Below are positions 59,873 to 62,862 of a stretch of 62,862 nucleotides of DNA, in pieces. The first letter of the stretch is position 1, and each line of letters begins with the position of its first letter. Source of the DNA: Aplysia californica (taxonomy: Eukaryota). The translations under genes were made by a program, and so were the position numbers. Under the pieces are notes generated by a model. That model was given only the letters and a program-made list of their open reading frames with translations. It was not told where the DNA came from and did not search any database. The stretch lies in contig NW_004797298.1 of the NCBI RefSeq assembly GCF_000002075.1, positions 1,864,257 to 1,927,118 on the forward strand, in the 5' to 3' direction.

Positions 59873-62862
59873 GCTGGCAAGCTGGAAATTTAACAGCCTT
59901 AACAGTAATCAAGATCAGTCACTGGTCCAAATTAATCCTTAAATAAAATATTATCAGTAAAAATGTTGCTGTACATGAATATATATATATATTTAAAACA
60001 GGTTAGCTTGCATTTTTTGTTGAATGACTCTGCATTCTCATTTCTAGTAGGTGATTAAGCTGTAATAGATAAAAGCCGGGTGTACTGCATTGTGGGTTTT
60101 GAAAAGAGCAAGACGACTGTTGCTGAGGTGAACAATAGGAACAAAAATCGTAATGAGGAATACACTGAATTGTGTGTTTGTAATTTTGCAAATGATGATT
60201 GACTTTATAGCTGCCAGTGTACTGTAGGAATTATCATTGTAGCTGAATGGCACTGCAGGTACAGGGTATGCTATCTTCATCATGTTTTATCTTTTGTAGT
60301 TAAACATTTTTAAAATGTCGGTACTGTGAACAGATTAAACATGTTTCATGACTGGCAATATCTAAAATAGATGTTAGCTTTATTGGTGTTTACCATAGCA
60401 TAGATGCACTGAACTGCCATCAAAATGTTGAATATTTTTGTGTCGAATCCAATCACAAGTCTCACGTGTACAATGTCTATGAGCCCATACAGTCTACAAA
60501 AAACTAGTTGTCACTGATCAATGCGGGCGGTGTGTATCTTTGCTTTTTATTTTCTTNNNNNNNNNNNNNNNNNNNNNNNNNNNNNNNNNNNNNNNNNNNN
60601 NNNNNNNNNNNNNNNNNNNNNNNNNNNNNNNNNNNNNNNNNNNNNNNNNNNNNNNNNNNNNNNNNNNNNNNNNNNNNNNNNNNNNNNNNNNNNNNNNNNN
60701 NNNNNNNNNNNNNNNNNNNNNNNNNNNNNNNNNNNNNNNNNNNNNTACCCGGGCCGTAATGTATTATAATATATATATTTTTGTGAACTATGCACCGAAA
60801 GATACAAGCCAGCCGTAACAGAAAGGGGCAACGCGACCGCTGCCTTTCAAGATCGACAAGGCAAAAGTGCAGAGTATGTAGATTCTAGTTGCTCGAGCAT
60901 TGAGTGTGTCTGCATTGATTTGATTGACGACTACAGTTGTATGACGTGTTTCAAACTGTGTCTTCATTCTGCTGCATCTAGGCAGTAACCGGTGTCCTAC
61001 TTTTTGCTCAACAGAGATGCGTATTTATGTCTGTCTTTAAAATACCCCCCCCCCCAAACACACACATACTATCTTATCCTTACTTACAAAAGACTCGGGT
61101 CTGTCATAAATCCATTGCCTCTAAATATTATTACAGTGACGCACACCCTTTTGGCGGCGCTTTGTTTAAACTGCGATGTTTGCAGTGATGACGCTTCGGG
61201 AATTTGCTCGCTTTATTCTCGTGTTTAAGTTTCAAAGATCGGGAGTCGTACCTATTCATAATTCTGTTAAGGCGATGCGCTAATGACGCAAGTTGCAAGG
61301 AATGCCTCGTTCTCTTAAAAAACAAAACAAACTTAATGCGTAGTCTGTAGAGGCGTAGCCTTCGAGGCGCAGTAGTACGCGTGCTTCTATGAATATCAAT
61401 TCAATCAAGGTTGGGTTTTTTTTGACGCAACCACTGCAACACATCTCCTTCAATTCACCGTCTTCATCAAGAACAAAAAATAACAAAAAGAAAACCCACC
61501 CCTAGTAGAGAAGGAAAACAAAAACATCAGCAACGAAGGTTGATGACCCAGTGGGGGAAAAAAGACCTCTCCTGTAGCAGCTCTCAAGGATAAGTAATCG
61601 CTGAACCGTATCTCGGACTGCCGAAACGACCGACGGTCACAGAATACATGTACATGCACTTGTTGGCTGTACGAGTGTACGCTCGCCCCGACGAGCTTTG
61701 AGGGAAAACATAAGACTGTCGGGTAGGCCCTGAGGTTTTATAAGTCTTCGGTAGAGTACTGTTCCCCCCCCCCCCTCTAAAGGTTCGCCTTGTTTGCAGG
61801 TGGTTGGAGGTCGCCACTGGTTGAGGTCCTACTTCTTTGTTTTCCCTCTATTATTTCTGTCTGTCTGTCTATGATATCTTACTCTTCCCCAACGCTAAAT
61901 GACCATCCTTATGACTATGTGCCTCTCTTTACTCAAACAAACAAACAAGCAAACAAAACAAACAAGCTAACAATCACCCAGTAGTTCTCTCCTATTTCCC
62001 CGAGTGCTTTTGCGTTAGGACCGGTATACTTGAGGTACAACACGACTAGGTTTATATCATTAATTTTATCAAAGTGTTTGCAGAGCGAGAACCCATTCAA
62101 AGACAGCATTTAGTGGGACATGACCACAGAAGTGGGGAAACATTTTTTGTTTTAATAATTGTGTTACGGCACTTGCATCACAATAAGGTCATATGCATGC
62201 GAAGATTAGAGGTGTTACAAGAGAGAGTAACAAACACAAAAAAGGAGGGGAGATTTTTGAGGATGATAGATGTTTGATTGGAAAGAAGGAGCAAACCACA
62301 CCAGAGCACCCGCCAACCACCGACTGGAAAAGTTTACCAACATTGATAGGGGTTGTAGGGTGAGACTATTACAAAGTCGTCCGTCTACCAGATTTAAATA
62401 TGTCGTAAAATTGTACAAAAGCGGGTGATTTACTCTACGACTTATTGTATGTGCACAGTCAATAGATGAATATAAAAACCCAGAAAATGACCCCGAGCGA
62501 AATGCCCAGATGCACGACCGACTGTTTAAATCTCCGTAGATCTAGATCCAAAGTTCGTGGAATAATCTAGATTTTTGGGTTTCCTTAACGTGCCCCCCCC
62601 CCCCCTTCATGTCCTTAGTTACTGGAGTGGTGTCCCTCGGTAGGGAGCCAGTGGGTCGCACAAAGCACTAAAACAAAGGTTCCCCTTTCTCTCCTCTTTC
62701 CCCGCGGGGCGGCCGGGCAGACTTGTCGACTTGGCAAAAGGTTGACAGAAACTCTTCACTTGGCCTTTGATCGACTCGATCAGCCCCCCCCCTACCTGTT
62801 TCTTTTCGTCTCATTCCCTTCCACCCTTTCGTGTCACCCCTTCCCCCCACCCCCCTCTCTCT

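Overview
Eukaryotic, AT-rich, intron-rich draft genomic DNA with 7 N-gaps. It is most likely from an invertebrate. A mollusc/lophotrochozoan origin is inferred from the protein sequence and a Nin/Deu-domain SINE, and is not proven. Bases 114-39906 (+) hold the 3' ~40% of an inositol 1,4,5-trisphosphate receptor gene (Itpr). I traced 22 core GT-AG exons with consistent phases through the coupling domain, RIH-associated region, six TM helices, GGGIGD filter, C2H2 Zn motif and stop codon. Three large introns hold frame-preserving cassette or micro-exon candidates. One is a 48-nt exon matching vertebrate ITPR1 neuronal SIIC in position, length and C-terminal motif. The luminal-loop exon's 3' end plus its splice donor is amplified into a 10-copy, 36-bp minisatellite. 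Four short retroposon families share a covarying 3' stem-loop, and every copy I found inside the gene is in sense orientation. The downstream 21 kb contains no gene I can support. It holds nested transposons (piggyBac-, pogo/Tigger- and MULE-like elements, Gypsy and L2 remnants) and a 17+17-bp palindrome with an 8-bp TSD that resembles a P-element excision footprint. All alignments were done by eye; no searches were run.
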